64,000 nt of DNA. It comes from Candidatus Eiseniibacteriota bacterium. Lineage in GTDB: Bacteria > Eisenbacteria > RBG-16-71-46 > JABDJR01. Position 1 is the first letter of the stretch; each line of letters opens with the position of its first letter. Location: assembly GCA_963783375.1 (NCBI GenBank), contig CAWANH010000028.1:384001-448000 (forward strand). Direction: 5' to 3'. The translations under genes and the position numbers were made by a program. Under the pieces are notes generated by a model. The model saw only the letters and a program-made list of their open reading frames with translations. It was not told the DNA's origin and did not search any database. Shown one piece after another: positions 12,424-26,637 of this stretch.

Positions 12424-12978
12424 CTACCCGGCTACCCGCACCAGCAACGCCTTCAGCGAATCGTAGTTGGCGGGGACGGAGAGGTCGTGCTCGGTGAGGT
12501 TGTAGACCGCGGCGACGCGGTTCTCGGGGTCGAGCACCACGACGTCCCGGTAGGTCACCTTCCAGTCGCTCCAGACGTGCTCGGAGTCGGTGTCCTGGAG
12601 CCAGGGGATGGTCCTTCCGGACACGATGAGGGAGTTTCCCGACTCCTGCCCGGCTTCGTTGATCCCCAGGATCCGGATCGGGTGTGCGGTGTTGACGCTG
12701 TCGATCTCGCCCTGCATCCGGTTCAGGAAGCCGAACTGGCTCCGGCAGTAGCCTCAGGTCGAGTGTCCGAAGTACCAGGCCGAGACGTCGCCCAGCTCGT
12801 CGCGGGGGGAGACCGTGGAGTCGTGGGTGGCGGAGTTGGGGTTGACGTCGGTGAGGGCGAAATCGGGAACCTCGTCCCCGACCGGCACCCGGGGTTTGGT
12901 CGGGGTGTCGTCGCCGCATCCCGCGGCCAGGATCAGGGCAGCAAACAGGATCGGGAGCAGGTGTCTGAGTCGGAACAT
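12424..12978 (-). CDS. Thioredoxin-fold (redoxin/AhpC-TSA-like) lipoprotein, predicted selenoprotein with UGYC motif (Sec at TGA 12754-12756)
   Basis: Two same-frame ORFs are joined across TGA: ...YFGHST-U-GYCRSQFGFLNRMQ...; lipobox LAAGC; VGDEVPDFALTDVN redoxin start; hairpin 10 nt after TGA. Confidence 0.85.
12726..12743 (-). promoter_or_regulatory. Putative bacterial SECIS element
   Basis: mRNA GGAGCC-AGUUC-GGCUUC(C) stem-loop starting 10 nt 3' of the UGA, with GU in the apical loop. Confidence 0.65.
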
Positions 12979-13215
12979 GGTCTCCCCTCGGGCGGACGGT
13001 GCGGCGAAGCGGCGGGGATCGGGCGGTTGAGCGCCGGTCCGGGCGCGTCCGTTCATGCTACCAGATCGCTCCGGGCCCACCTTCCCGGACGCGGCGGGAA
13101 ACTTTTGAACCTTTCCGGTCCGGGACTCGTCCTACCTAGTGGCCGACGAGGTGCGGCCGCCCCTCAGCTTACCCATAACCTGTTTGCAAACAAGCAGTTG
13201 GAAAGCGGAGTCGCC

Positions 13216-15921
13216 ATGCCCCACTCGCCCCGGTGTGTCCCCGGGACGGGCCCCCTGCGCCTGCCCCTGCTCGTCGCTTGCTTCGCGCTCGCGGTTCTGG
13301 GGGCGGACGGCCGTGCCGTGACCCCGGCCGCCGCCGCTCCCCCACCCGAGGCCCCAAAGCGCTACGAGGCGCACCGCCTCACCACCCCCGTCCGCGTCGA
13401 CGGGGTGCTGGACGAAGCGGCCTGGCAGGGTCCCGGGAACGAGGGCCTCATCCAGAACGAACCTCTGAACGGGGTCGCCCCGGCGCAGAAGAGCGTGTGG
13501 TGGATCGCCTACGACCAGGACGCGCTCTACGCCGCGTTCCGGTTCTACGACGCGGCCCCTGAGTCCATCGACACCTCGATCGCCCGGCGGGACGGCGACC
13601 TCAACACCGACATGGCGATCCTGGAGCTGGACCCCTACAACGACGACCGGAACGGGTACCTCTTCCTGGTCGGGGCCGGGGGCTACGTCTACGACTCGGC
13701 CATGTACAACGACGGCTCCGAGGACCCGTCGTGGGACGGCGTCTGGGACTCCGCAGCGCGGGTGGACTCCCTGGGCTGGACTGCCGAGTTGCGGATCCCC
13801 CTGAACCAGATCCGCTTCCCCAACCGGGAGGACCAGGTCTGGGGGGTCAACGTGAGCCGGCGGATCAAGCGCACCCACGGGCGGGACGACCTCTTCCTGC
13901 GTCCCCGAAACGAGTCCGGCCACATCAGCCGCTTCCCCGACCTGGCCGGGCTTCACGGGATCCGGAACCGGGCGGACCGCGAAGCCATCCTCTACGGGGT
14001 GGGAAAGGGCGAGTACCTCCAGCACCCGGCCGGGGACCCCTTCAACGACGGCTCGGCCTATCGCTACCAGATGGGCGGGGACCTCAAGTGGGGTCTCACC
14101 AGCAACCTGAACCTGAACGCCACCCTGAACCCCGACTTCGGCCAGGTGGAGGTGGACCCCGCGGTGGTGAACCTGTCCGACTCCGAGACGTTTTTCAACG
14201 AGAAGCGGCCGTTCTTCGTCGAGGACAGCAACATCTTCTCGTTCGGAAACGGCGGCACCTCCAGCAACTGGAACTTCAACTGGAGCGATCCCCAGCTCTT
14301 CTATTCGCGGCGGATCGGGCGGAACCCGCAGCTCGGGCCGACGGGGAACCCGGAGTTCACCGACCGGCCCGACGGCACCACCATTCTCGGCGCGGCCAAG
14401 GCCACCGGGAAGATCGGCGGGGCGGAGATCGGCGCCCTGGGCGCGCTCACCGACAAGGAGACCTTCCGGCTCTCCGACGGCGCCCGGGAGTGGAGCCAGC
14501 TCGCCGAGCCCATGACCGGGTACACCGCCCTCCGGGTGAACCGGAACGCCCACGACCGTCGCTCCGCGGTGGGGGCCATGTTCACCGCGGTCCGGCGGGA
14601 CCTGAGCGATAGCTTGAGCCGGGCCACCCTGGTGCGCGGGGCCTACGCCGGGGGCATCGACGGCTGGACGAAGTTCGGGGCCAACGACGCGTGGGCGGTG
14701 CGGGGATACCTGGCCGGAAGCCTCGTGGAGGGCGATGCGGCCGCCCTGGCCGGCGAACAGACCAGCTCGCGACGCTACTATCAGCGGCCCGACGCGTCCC
14801 ATCTTCACTACGACTCGTTGCGAACCTCGCTCTCCGGATGGATCTCCCGGGTCCTGGTGAACCGCGAGAAGGGGAACCTCATGTTCAACGCGTCCCTCGG
14901 CGCGTCCTCTCCCGGCTTCGAGATCAACGACCTGGGGTACAACTCCCGGAGCGACCTCATCAACACCAGCGTGGTGGCGGGGCACCAGTGGACCGAGCCG
15001 GACCGGTTCTTCCGGGACAAGTGGATCGCCATGACCACCTACTGGACGTGGGATTTCGGGGGAACCCGGAACGGCGGCGGCCTGGGGCCCTTCTTCGGCG
15101 CCGACTTCGCGAACTACTGGTCGATGGACGGCCACCTGTTCCTGAACCCCCGGGCGGACAACACCCGGGCGACCCGGGGCGGGCCCATCATGCGATCGCC
15201 GGTGAACCGGGAGATCGAACTCGCCCTCTCCACCGATTCACGGAAGGCGTACCAGGTGAACTTTTCCGGCTTCGTCTTCGGCGACGGGGCCGGGAGCAAC
15301 GGGCAGAGCGGGGAAATCACCCTCTCGGTCCGGCCCACCCCGGCCCTGAAGTTGAGCTTCGGGCCCTATTACGAACGGACCCACGATACCTACCATTACG
15401 TCACCACGGTGGCCGACGCCGCGGCTACCGGAACCTACGGCCACCGCTACGTCTTCGCCGACCTCATGTACCGCGAGATCACCATGAGCACCCGGGTGGA
15501 CTGGGCGTTCACCCCGCGTCTCACCCTTCAGACCTACGTCCAGCCCCTGATCGCGGTCGGGGACTACAGCGGGTTGAAGGAGTTCTCGGACCCGGGTGGG
15601 TTCGCCTTCCGGAAGTACGGGGAAGACGGGGGGGCGATCTCGCGGGACCCGGCTTCGGGCGACTACGCGGTGGACCCCGGAGACGGCGGGCAGAGCTTCA
15701 AGGTCGGAAACCCCGACTTCAACTTCAAGTCGCTCCGGCTGAACCTGGTGCTCCGGTGGGAGTACCGGCCCGGCTCCACCCTCTTCCTGGCCTGGACCCG
15801 GAACGGGACCGACACCGGGCACCCCGGGGACCTGGCCTTCGGGCGGGACCTGGACGCGCTCTTCTCCGCCCGGACCGACGACGTGGTTCTGGTCAAGGTG
15901 ACGCGGTGGCTGGATTTCTAG
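13216..15921 (+). CDS. CBM9-like domain plus DUF5916 outer-membrane-type protein
   Basis: VDGVLDEAAW, WTAELRIP, TLNPDFGQVEVD, EKRPFF, FYSRRIG, NLVLRWEYRPGSTLFL; signal peptide. Confidence 0.85.
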   Translation: MPHSPRCVPGTGPLRLPLLVACFALAVLGADGRAVTPAAAAPPPEAPKRYEAHRLTTPVRVDGVLDEAAWQGPGNEGLIQNEPLNGVAPAQKSVWWIAYDQDALYAAFRFYDAAPESIDTSIARRDGDLNTDMAILELDPYNDDRNGYLFLVGAGGYVYDSAMYNDGSEDPSWDGVWDSAARVDSLGWTAELRIPLNQIRFPNREDQVWGVNVSRRIKRTHGRDDLFLRPRNESGHISRFPDLAGLHGIRNRADREAILYGVGKGEYLQHPAGDPFNDGSAYRYQMGGDLKWGLTSNLNLNATLNPDFGQVEVDPAVVNLSDSETFFNEKRPFFVEDSNIFSFGNGGTSSNWNFNWSDPQLFYSRRIGRNPQLGPTGNPEFTDRPDGTTILGAAKATGKIGGAEIGALGALTDKETFRLSDGAREWSQLAEPMTGYTALRVNRNAHDRRSAVGAMFTAVRRDLSDSLSRATLVRGAYAGGIDGWTKFGANDAWAVRGYLAGSLVEGDAAALAGEQTSSRRYYQRPDASHLHYDSLRTSLSGWISRVLVNREKGNLMFNASLGASSPGFEINDLGYNSRSDLINTSVVAGHQWTEPDRFFRDKWIAMTTYWTWDFGGTRNGGGLGPFFGADFANYWSMDGHLFLNPRADNTRATRGGPIMRSPVNREIELALSTDSRKAYQVNFSGFVFGDGAGSNGQSGEITLSVRPTPALKLSFGPYYERTHDTYHYVTTVADAAATGTYGHRYVFADLMYREITMSTRVDWAFTPRLTLQTYVQPLIAVGDYSGLKEFSDPGGFAFRKYGEDGGAISRDPASGDYAVDPGDGGQSFKVGNPDFNFKSLRLNLVLRWEYRPGSTLFLAWTRNGTDTGHPGDLAFGRDLDALFSARTDDVVLVKVTRWLDF

Positions 15922-15922
15922 G

Positions 15923-17542
15923 TCAACCGAGCTGCTCGAAGAAGTCGTTCCCCTTGTCGTCCACCAGGATGAACGCGGGGAAGTTCTCGACCTCGATCCG
16001 GTAGATCGCCTCCATCCCCAGCTCGGGGTACTCCAGGAGGTCCACTTTCCGGATGTTGTCCTGGGCCAGGATCGCGGCGGGGCCGCCGATCGAGCCCAGG
16101 TAGAACCCGCCGTGCTCCTTGCAGGCGTCGGTGACCTGCTTCGAGCGGTTCCCCTTGGCGATCATGACCATCGAGCCGCCGTGGGACTGGAAGAGGTCCA
16201 CGTAGGAGTCCATGCGCCCGGCGGTGGTGGGGCCGAAGGATCCCGAGGGGAGCCCTTCCGGCTTCTTGGCCGGGCCCGCGTAGTAGACCGGATGGTCCTT
16301 CATGTACTGGGGGAGGTCCTCGCCCCGGTCGAGCCGCTCCTTGAGCTTGGCGTGGGCGATGTCCCGCGCCACCACCATCGGCCCGGTCAAGGAGAGCTGG
16401 GTCTTGATCGGGTACTTGGCCAGCTCGGCCAGGATCTCCGGCATGGGACGGTTGAGGTCGATCTTCACCACCCCGTGCTCGTGCTTCCCGCGGTACGTCT
16501 CGGGAATGAACCGGCCGGGGTTTCGCTCCATGGCCTCGATCCAGATGCCGTCGCGGTTGATCCGGGCGCGGACGTTCCGGTGCGCCGAGCACGACACCCC
16601 CATCCCCACCGGACACGAGGCCCCGTGGCGCGGAAGGCGCACCACCCGGACGTCGAGCGCGAAGTACTTCCCGCCGAACTGGGCCCCGATCCCGGTGCCC
16701 TGGGCGGCGACGAGGAGCTTCTGCTCCAGCTCCACGTCGCGGAAGGCGCGGCCCTGGTCGTTTCCGGTGGTGGGGAGGCCGTCCAGGTAGTGGGTGCTGG
16801 CAAGCTTCACGGTCTTCAGTGTGCTCTCGGCCGAGGTGCCGCCGATCACGAAGGCCACGTGGTAGGGCGGGCAGGCCGCGGTCCCCAGGGTCTTCATCTT
16901 CTCGACCAGGAACTTCTCGAGGCTCTCCGGGTTCAGGAGCGCCTTGGTTTCCTGGAAGAGGTAGGTCTTGTTGGCCGAGCCGCCGCCCTTGGCCACGAAG
17001 AGGAAGGTGTACTCGTTCCCGTCGGTGGCCAGGATGTCGATCTGGGCGGGGAGGTTGTTGCCGGAGTTCTTCTCCTCGTACATGGTGAGCGGCACGGTCT
17101 GGGAGTAGCGGAGGTTCTCGCGCTCGTAGGTTTGGCGGATGCCCTCGGTCAGGTAGGCTTCGTCCTTCACCCCGGTCCAGACCCGCTGGCCCTTCTTCCC
17201 CATCACGATCGCCGTCCCGGTGTCCTGGCACATGGGAAGGGTGCCGCGGGCGGCGACCTCGGCGTTCTTGAGCATGGCCAGGGCCACCCCGCGGTCGTTG
17301 GGGCTCGCCTCGGGGTCGTCGAGGATGGCCGCCACCTGCTCCAGGTGCGCGGTGCGATGGAGGAACGAGGCGTCGCGCAGGGCCTCGGCGGCGAGGAGCG
17401 TGAGCGCCTCGGGCTCGATCTTGAGGATCTCCTCGCCCTCGAACCGCGCCACCGACACGTGGTCCTTGGTGAGGAGCCGGTACGGAGTCGTGTCCTTGGC
17501 CAGGGGAAAGGGATCCTGATAGGGGATCGCCACGTCGGTCAT
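15923..17542 (-). CDS. fumA: Class I (Fe-S) fumarate hydratase
   Basis: [49 protein letters not shown]; ATG 17542 after AAGGAG. Confidence 0.95.
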   Translation of the reverse strand: MTDVAIPYQDPFPLAKDTTPYRLLTKDHVSVARFEGEEILKIEPEALTLLAAEALRDASFLHRTAHLEQVAAILDDPEASPNDRGVALAMLKNAEVAARGTLPMCQDTGTAIVMGKKGQRVWTGVKDEAYLTEGIRQTYERENLRYSQTVPLTMYEEKNSGNNLPAQIDILATDGNEYTFLFVAKGGGSANKTYLFQETKALLNPESLEKFLVEKMKTLGTAACPPYHVAFVIGGTSAESTLKTVKLASTHYLDGLPTTGNDQGRAFRDVELEQKLLVAAQGTGIGAQFGGKYFALDVRVVRLPRHGASCPVGMGVSCSAHRNVRARINRDGIWIEAMERNPGRFIPETYRGKHEHGVVKIDLNRPMPEILAELAKYPIKTQLSLTGPMVVARDIAHAKLKERLDRGEDLPQYMKDHPVYYAGPAKKPEGLPSGSFGPTTAGRMDSYVDLFQSHGGSMVMIAKGNRSKQVTDACKEHGGFYLGSIGGPAAILAQDNIRKVDLLEYPELGMEAIYRIEVENFPAFILVDDKGNDFFEQLG

Positions 17543-17734
17543 CGCTCGCTCCTTCCGAGGTTCCAAAGGTCCGGACCTACTCGTCATCCGATGCCGCCGG
17601 CCCCGTAGGGCCGGAGGCGGGCCGGGACCGGATGATTCTTGCACGGACCTATTCCATGATCCACCATTCCCCCGGGGAAGGATCCGCCGAAGGCCTTCCC
17701 GGGCCTTACCTTTTTTGGAAGAGAGGTTTCAGCC

Positions 17735-18301
17735 ATGGCTCAGAAACGTCATACGACCGCGTTCAGCCTCCTGGTCGCCGCCGTCCTGATGGGCGTGGTG
17801 GGCGCCGACCCGGCCCGCGCCGCGGACCCCCCGGCTGGAGCCGGGGAGGGGTTCGGGGCCCGGGCCGCGTTCGCCATGCTCAGTAATCTGGCCGGCGACT
17901 GGGTGGGGACCGCCGGCGGCGAGGGGGAGGAGGGACAGGCGACCGCCGCGGCGTGGCGCGTCACCTCCGGCGGCCACACCGTCATGGAGACCCAGTTTCC
18001 GGGGACCGGCCACGAGATGATCTCGATGTACTACCTGGACGGAGAGGATCTGGCCCTCAAGCATTTCTGCGCGGTGGGGAACCAGCCGGAGATGCGGCTC
18101 GATCCCAAAGCCTCATCCTCCCAAAGGCTGGTGTTCACCTTCACCGGCGGCTCCAACCTGGACCCCGCGGTCGACGGCCACATTCACGGCGGCGTGATCG
18201 ACCTCGAGGGGCCGGACACCATGCACGCCGCGTGGTCCTTCTACCGGGAGGGCAAGGAGGAGGGGAAGAACGTCTTCACGCTGGCGCGGAAGAAACCCTG
18301 A
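17735..18301 (+). CDS. Secreted hypothetical beta-barrel protein
   Basis: Signal peptide; LAGDWVG, EMISMYY, HFCAVGNQP motifs typical of a widespread uncharacterised family. Confidence 0.65.
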   Translation: MAQKRHTTAFSLLVAAVLMGVVGADPARAADPPAGAGEGFGARAAFAMLSNLAGDWVGTAGGEGEEGQATAAAWRVTSGGHTVMETQFPGTGHEMISMYYLDGEDLALKHFCAVGNQPEMRLDPKASSSQRLVFTFTGGSNLDPAVDGHIHGGVIDLEGPDTMHAAWSFYREGKEEGKNVFTLARKKP

Positions 18302-18319
18302 AACCTCAGGTCGACCGGG

Positions 18320-18742
18320 CTACTCCACCACCGCGCGAAAGCGCTCCGGGGTCGCGCCCACCCGCTTCGCGGCGTAGTCGTAGAACAGCAACCCGGTCCT
18401 GGCGAGGGCGACGATCTCGTCGCTGGCGCGGTCGCGCACACGGTAGAACAGCTCCGCGCCGCGCGAGCCGACCTCGCCCGCCGCGACGTCGATGGAGAGC
18501 ACCTGGCCGTGGAACGCCTCGCGCCGGTAGCTCACCGCGAGGTCGACCAGGATGATCCCCAGGCCGTCCACGTCCCACTCCTCCATCCCTCGGGCGTGGA
18601 GGAACGCGACCCGCGCCTCGTGAAGCATGGAGACGAGCTTGTCGTGGGCGAGGTGCTTCCCGTAGTTCACGTCGGTGATGCGGACCGCGATGTCTTCGGT
18701 GTGGAGGGTGCGTTCGGGGTAGTCGATGCGGATGCGTTCCAT
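18320..18742 (-). CDS. Acyl-CoA thioesterase (4HBT/YbgC hotdog fold)
   Basis: VRITDVNYGKHLAHDKLVSMLHEAR. Confidence 0.85.
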   Translation of the reverse strand: MERIRIDYPERTLHTEDIAVRITDVNYGKHLAHDKLVSMLHEARVAFLHARGMEEWDVDGLGIILVDLAVSYRREAFHGQVLSIDVAAGEVGSRGAELFYRVRDRASDEIVALARTGLLFYDYAAKRVGATPERFRAVVE

Positions 18743-18744
18743 CC

Positions 18745-20220
18745 CTACCTCGTCCGGCCGGTGAAGAGCACCGCCGCGCGCTCCCCGTGCGCGATCTCCC
18801 CGCGGCGGGCCAGGTCCACCAGCCCCGCGAACCCCGCCGAGCCGGTGGGGTCCACCGGGATCCCGGTCCCCTCGCGCCCGAGCCGGTTGGCCTCGGACAG
18901 CACCTCCTCGGAGACCACGAGCGGATGGCCGCCGGTCAACAGCATCCCCCACACCACCGTCGCCCAATCATAGGTCTCGTCGTCCAGGATTCCGTGGGCG
19001 ATGCTCCTGGGTTCGCTCTCCCACGGCCACATGAACCCGCTCCGGTGACGCATGGCGTGGTGAAGCTCCTCCTCGACCCACTCCCGCGGGACGCGGTCGC
19101 GGATGAAGAGCGCGCGGCCCTCGTCGTCGTCGGGCGGAGCGTCGCCGGACCCGTCCCGGCCCCAGCGGGCCAGCACCGCCGCCACCACCCGGTCGTAGGC
19201 GCGCTTCAAGGGCCAGGCTCCCTCGGTCTGCACGGTGTGGACCCGGGGAAGCACATCCAGCGCCCCCAGGGCGCGCGCCTCGAAGAGCCCCTGGATGCAC
19301 GCGCTGGCCAGGGCCCCGCCCCCGACCTGGACGAACAGCCGATCGATACCGGCCCCGGCCGCGGCCAGGTCCGAAGCCAGCTCCCAGATGAGCGTCATCC
19401 CGCCCTCGACGGTGAGCCCGTTCTCGTTTCCCTGGACGGTGAAGGGCAGGGCGCCCGCGGCCACCGCCTTCCGGAACCGGTGATAGCACGGGTCGCCGGG
19501 GGTGCGGCCGTCGCGGGGGCACGAAACCAGCGAAGCCCCCAAGGCGCTCAATCGCTCCATCACCGGAACCTCGGCGTCGGGGGGGACGTAGACCTGGATC
19601 GGCCACGCCGCCGCCCGGGCCACCACCGCCGCGGCCAGGGCCGCGTTCCCGCAGCTCGCGATGGCCAGGGGCGGCGCGCCCGCTGATGCGCCGGCCGGGC
19701 CCTCGGCGGAGCGCACGCCGGAGCCGGGCGCCAGCCCCACCCGCCGGGCCACTTCCAGCCAGAGCATGATCCCCATCAAATGCCGGCCCTTGTGGGAGCC
19801 GGAGACGTTCCCCGTCTCGTCCTTCACCCAGAGCGTTCCCAACCCCAGCTCGGCGGCCAGAGCGTCGGCCCGGACCAGCGGCGTGGCCCGAAAGCCGTGA
19901 CCGTCCACCTCCGCCACCCGCCGGTCCAGGTCCCGGACCAGGGTGACGAACCCGTCGTCGGTGAGCCCGCGCTCGGTCCCGGTGTGCCAGGCATGGAAGA
20001 GCTTCCGGTAGCGGACGAAGGGGTTGGGCTCGGGGTCGGCGAAGAGCGCCTTGGTGTCGATCGCCGCCCGCAGACGGTCCACGTCGATCGCCCGCCGGAG
20101 CACGTGGTCGACGTCGTCCCCTTCCCGGGCGGCGGGGCAACGGAAGGGATACGGCTCATCGTCGGCGACGACGGCTCCACACCCCTCGCAACGCATGGAG
20201 GTGACCGGCGGGGCGGTCAT
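18745..20220 (-). CDS. PLP-dependent fold-type II enzyme (threonine-synthase-like)
   Basis: N-terminal CxxC...[17 protein letters not shown] Schiff-base Lys, [22 protein letters not shown]; ATGA overlap with upstream gene. Confidence 0.8.
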   Translation of the reverse strand: MTAPPVTSMRCEGCGAVVADDEPYPFRCPAAREGDDVDHVLRRAIDVDRLRAAIDTKALFADPEPNPFVRYRKLFHAWHTGTERGLTDDGFVTLVRDLDRRVAEVDGHGFRATPLVRADALAAELGLGTLWVKDETGNVSGSHKGRHLMGIMLWLEVARRVGLAPGSGVRSAEGPAGASAGAPPLAIASCGNAALAAAVVARAAAWPIQVYVPPDAEVPVMERLSALGASLVSCPRDGRTPGDPCYHRFRKAVAAGALPFTVQGNENGLTVEGGMTLIWELASDLAAAGAGIDRLFVQVGGGALASACIQGLFEARALGALDVLPRVHTVQTEGAWPLKRAYDRVVAAVLARWGRDGSGDAPPDDDEGRALFIRDRVPREWVEEELHHAMRHRSGFMWPWESEPRSIAHGILDDETYDWATVVWGMLLTGGHPLVVSEEVLSEANRLGREGTGIPVDPTGSAGFAGLVDLARRGEIAHGERAAVLFTGRTR

Positions 20221-21716
20221 AGGGAGTTCAGCACCCCCGTCCGCTCGTTGAACTCGTCGATCATCCGGTCCCAGGCGGGAATCAGGTCGCGAAGGCCCCG
20301 CCAGAACCCCTGGTCCCGCCGGGAGGTGAAGTCGGCGATCGAGATCCCCTGCTGCTCCACCCAGGTGAAGTAGCCGAGGTTGAAGATCCGCTGGCGGTCC
20401 TGGTGGGTGAGCTCCAGCAGGTGATCCACCCCCGTCCCCAGCATGTGGCGACCGAAGGTCTCGCCCGCCGCCACCTGATCGAACGAGCCCCCGAACTCCT
20501 GGGCCAGGGTCTTGTCCCGCTCGGTCTCGTACATGGCGGCTCCGTCGGTGGCCACGGTGACGATCACGTCGTCCGGACCCATCCCGTAGTACTTCGCGGT
20601 CTTGATCGCCGAGAGCACGTTGCAGATCGAGGACACCCCCATGAAGCCGAGCTGCTCGACCAGGCCCGCGGGGACGTCGCGCCGCTGGGCCAGGTACTCG
20701 CGGCCGGCCGGAGTGTTGAACACCACGTTCAGCCCGTCGGTGCTCTCGTCGGAGATCGCGGCCACCAGGTCGGTGTTCATGACGTTGTGGATGTAGGGAA
20801 CGTGCTTGTCCCCGATCCCCTGGATGTTGTGCTCGCCGAACCCGTTCATGAGGAGGGTCGGGCATTCCAACGCCTCGGCGGCCACGATCATGGCCCCGAG
20901 CCGCTCTTTCAGGTAGTCGCCGGTCCCCAGGGTTCCCGCCGAACCGGTGGCGGAGACGAAGGCCCGGAGCCGGAGCCCCTTTCCCCCGCCCCCCATCGAC
21001 TCGAACACCCGCTCCAGCGCCTTCCCGGTGCAGAGGTAGTGGGCCAGGTAGTTACCGAACTCGCTGAACTGGTTGAAGATGATGTTCTCGGGATCTTGGT
21101 CCAGCTCCGCGCACCTGTCGTAGATCTCCTTGACGTTGCTCTCGGTTCCCGGGGTGCGGATGATGTCCGAGGGATCGGCCACCCACTTCTCCAGCCACCG
21201 GAAACGCTCCTGGCTCATGCCCTCGGGGAGAACCGCCACCCCGCGGCAGCCCATGATGCGCGAGATGGCCACCCCGCCGCGGCAGTAGTTCCCGGTGGAG
21301 GGCCAGATCGCCTTGTGCCCGGTGGGATCGAACTGCCCGGTGATGATCCGGGGGGCGAGGCACCCGTAGGCGGCCAGAACCTTGTGGGCGTGGATCATGG
21401 GGAAGCGGTCGCCGCGGGCGACCACGATCTTCGCCTTCACCCCGGTCAACGACTCCGGCAGCACGAAGTGCTCGGGCACCGAGGTCCACTCGTTCGACCC
21501 GCCGGTGTTGTACCAGTGGACGCGGAAGAGGTTCAAGGGGTGGGGGCCGTCGCGGTCCACGCCCGCCACCGCCTCCTTCACCTTGGCCGGAATCCGCTCC
21601 GGCTCGCAGAGCTGAGCGAAGGTGGGAAGGGCGATCTTCGCCTCGCGGAAGCGCTTCACGCTGTTTTCATAGACCGACCGATCGACGACGTGCTTTTCCA
21701 GTCCGAGTTCAGGCAA
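20217..21716 (-). CDS. PLP-dependent fold-type II (TrpB/cysteine-synthase-like) enzyme
   Basis: [40 protein letters not shown]; TTG start. Confidence 0.85.
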   Translation of the reverse strand: MPELGLEKHVVDRSVYENSVKRFREAKIALPTFAQLCEPERIPAKVKEAVAGVDRDGPHPLNLFRVHWYNTGGSNEWTSVPEHFVLPESLTGVKAKIVVARGDRFPMIHAHKVLAAYGCLAPRIITGQFDPTGHKAIWPSTGNYCRGGVAISRIMGCRGVAVLPEGMSQERFRWLEKWVADPSDIIRTPGTESNVKEIYDRCAELDQDPENIIFNQFSEFGNYLAHYLCTGKALERVFESMGGGGKGLRLRAFVSATGSAGTLGTGDYLKERLGAMIVAAEALECPTLLMNGFGEHNIQGIGDKHVPYIHNVMNTDLVAAISDESTDGLNVVFNTPAGREYLAQRRDVPAGLVEQLGFMGVSSICNVLSAIKTAKYYGMGPDDVIVTVATDGAAMYETERDKTLAQEFGGSFDQVAAGETFGRHMLGTGVDHLLELTHQDRQRIFNLGYFTWVEQQGISIADFTSRRDQGFWRGLRDLIPAWDRMIDEFNERTGVLNSL

Positions 21717-21809
21717 GTTGCTAACCCCTCTTCATCGAGCCCGTGGGCCCGTCCCTCTGTTCGCTCCCGCGAACCGTGAATGCCGCTCCCGGCAAATTGA
21801 CCGATTATT

Positions 21810-22601
21810 CTACAGGTTTTGCGAACCGGCCAGGCGGCCAAAGTAGGCCGGCGGATCCGCGGTGAACGTGAGCCGCTCCCCGGTGAAGGGGTGGGTGAAC
21901 GTGATCGATCTCGCGTGAAGGGCCAGCCCGGCCGCCCGCTCCCCGGTCTTCCCGTACTTCCGGTCCCCGACCACCGGGTGGCCCAGACCGGCCAGGTGCA
22001 CCCGGATCTGGTGCTTCCGCCCGGTCAGGAGATCGATCTCCAGCAGGCTGACCTTCCCCCGGGCGGCGAGCACCCGGTAGGCGGTCCGGGAGAGCTTTCC
22101 CTTGGCGGGATCGGCGGTGGCGTAGACCACGTGCGCCCGGTTCTCGGCCAGGTAGCCGGTGATCGTCCCCTCGGGCGGATCGGGCCGGCCGTGTACGACC
22201 GCAAGGTACTGCTTCGCCGTCTCCTCCCACCCGTCCTGCAACCGCCGCTTGGCGTCCCCGGTCCGGGCGAACACCAGCACGCCGGAGGTCTCCCGGTCCA
22301 GCCGATGCACGATGAAGACCCGGTTCCGCGATCGGACCGTGCCCCGGCGAACGTAGTCGGTCAGGATCGAGTACGCGGTCCGCGCCTTCTCCCGTTCGGT
22401 GGCGATGGTGAGGAGCCCGGCCGGCTTGGCCACCACCAGGACGTGGTCGTCCTCGAACAGGATCACCAGCCCCTGCCGAAGCGCGAGCGTCTTCCCCCCC
22501 CGCGTTCCGCCGGCCCCCGCCCGGCGCGCCGGTCGGGGCTTGCCCTGCTTCGGCCTCTGCGTCCCCCGACCCTCCGGTCGCGGGCCCCGTCCGGCAGGCA
22601 C
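21810..22601 (-). CDS. RluA/RluD-family pseudouridine synthase
   Basis: KPAGL, VHRLDRETSGV, TGRKHQIRVH, GDRKYG, LHA. Confidence 0.92.
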   Translation of the reverse strand: MPAGRGPRPEGRGTQRPKQGKPRPARRAGAGGTRGGKTLALRQGLVILFEDDHVLVVAKPAGLLTIATEREKARTAYSILTDYVRRGTVRSRNRVFIVHRLDRETSGVLVFARTGDAKRRLQDGWEETAKQYLAVVHGRPDPPEGTITGYLAENRAHVVYATADPAKGKLSRTAYRVLAARGKVSLLEIDLLTGRKHQIRVHLAGLGHPVVGDRKYGKTGERAAGLALHARSITFTHPFTGERLTFTADPPAYFGRLAGSQNL

Positions 22602-22607
22602 GGCCGG

Positions 22608-23972
22608 CTACAATCGCTTCAGCCGCTCCCACACCTTGGGAGCCTCGGCCGAGGCCTCGGCGCGGATCGCCTCGGGGTCGGCGGTGAGCAGTCGCCCATC
22701 CCGCACCACCAGGCGCCCCGCCACCAGTACGTGCTCCACGTTCCTCGCTTCGCCCTGACCGCTCGCCGGCGCTTCGAACTCCAACCCGTCGCGGGCCGCG
22801 GCGTCGAACACCGCCGCGTCGGCGGCGACGTCGGCTCCCAGGGGCGCGAAGGGGAGGCCGAAGCGTTCGGCGGCCAGTTCCCCACCGGCCTCGAGCCGTT
22901 CCCGGAGCGTCGCCGGGGGTTCGCCCGCTTCCCCGCCCGGGCCGCCGGCCGCGCCCGCGCCCGCGCCCCCCGGCGCGAACGCCGTCACTTCCTTCCACAT
23001 CTCGGCCGGATACCCGTCGGTCCCGAGCGCCACCCGCCCGCTCGCCCCGAGCGCGCCCGGGTAGCCCACCCGGTTCCCGATATTCGACCGCGGGTTCTGC
23101 ACCAGCCAGAGCCCCCGGTCCGCGGCCCGGCGCACCAGTTCGGCGTCCAGATGCACCCCATGGGCCAGAATGGAGCCGGGGGGCAACGCGTCCAGCGCGA
23201 GCAACCGCTCCAAGGGCCCGGGATATCCCCGTTCCGCCGCGTCGCGGACGTCGGCCGCGTCCTCGGCGAGGTGGACGTGCATCACCGTGTCCAGCTCGCG
23301 GCAGAGGTTCCCGGCCTCGCGGATCGTCTCGTCCGAAACGGTGAACGAGGCGTGGAGCCCGACCACCCCGCGAACCGTCCTCTTCCGGTTCCCCCGGATG
23401 AAGCGACGGCACTCGGCCAGGCCCCGCCGGGCCTCCTCGCGGCCGCCGTTTCGCTCGGTGGCCCCGTAGCAGAGGACGGCCCGGATTCCCATCTCGTCGC
23501 AGACGTCGGCGATCACCTCCAGCGAACCCTCGATGAAACCGGGGGATTCGTGGTGGTCGAAGAGGGTGGTGGTTCCGGCCAGAAGCGCCTCGGCCGCGTA
23601 GAGCCGCGCCGAAACCCGCAAGGACGCTTCATCCAGCGCCCGGTCCAGCCGCCACCAGACCCGCTCCAGGATCTGGAGAAAGTTCCCGGGGGGCGGTTCC
23701 GGCGGGGGCATGCCGAAGGGGGCGAGCGCGCTGTAGATGTGGGTGTGGGCGTTCACCCGGCCGGGGACGATCCGCGCGCCCGCGCAGTCCACCGGAACCG
23801 GGGCGGCAAAGGCGGGACCGCCGACGGGGTCGCTTGCCGGCGGGAGGTCGGTGAACTCCGCGGGACCGGTCGCCGCCGGGCGCGAGCCCGGGCCGAACCA
23901 GAGGACCCGGTCCCCGCCGCTCAAGAGGACGTTCCCGGAGGCGTCGGGGCCGAGCTCGACCGGAGGGTTCAC
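22608..23972 (-). CDS. ssnA: SsnA-like metal-dependent amidohydrolase/aminohydrolase
   Basis: [52 protein letters not shown]; the true start may be ATG 23998 with an indel. Confidence 0.8.
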   Translation of the reverse strand: MNPPVELGPDASGNVLLSGGDRVLWFGPGSRPAATGPAEFTDLPPASDPVGGPAFAAPVPVDCAGARIVPGRVNAHTHIYSALAPFGMPPPEPPPGNFLQILERVWWRLDRALDEASLRVSARLYAAEALLAGTTTLFDHHESPGFIEGSLEVIADVCDEMGIRAVLCYGATERNGGREEARRGLAECRRFIRGNRKRTVRGVVGLHASFTVSDETIREAGNLCRELDTVMHVHLAEDAADVRDAAERGYPGPLERLLALDALPPGSILAHGVHLDAELVRRAADRGLWLVQNPRSNIGNRVGYPGALGASGRVALGTDGYPAEMWKEVTAFAPGGAGAGAAGGPGGEAGEPPATLRERLEAGGELAAERFGLPFAPLGADVAADAAVFDAAARDGLEFEAPASGQGEARNVEHVLVAGRLVVRDGRLLTADPEAIRAEASAEAPKVWERLKRL

Positions 23973-23994
23973 GCGCGGGCCGCCGGCGACGCCG

Positions 23995-26629
<2,635 letters not shown>

Positions 26630-26637
<8 letters not shown>

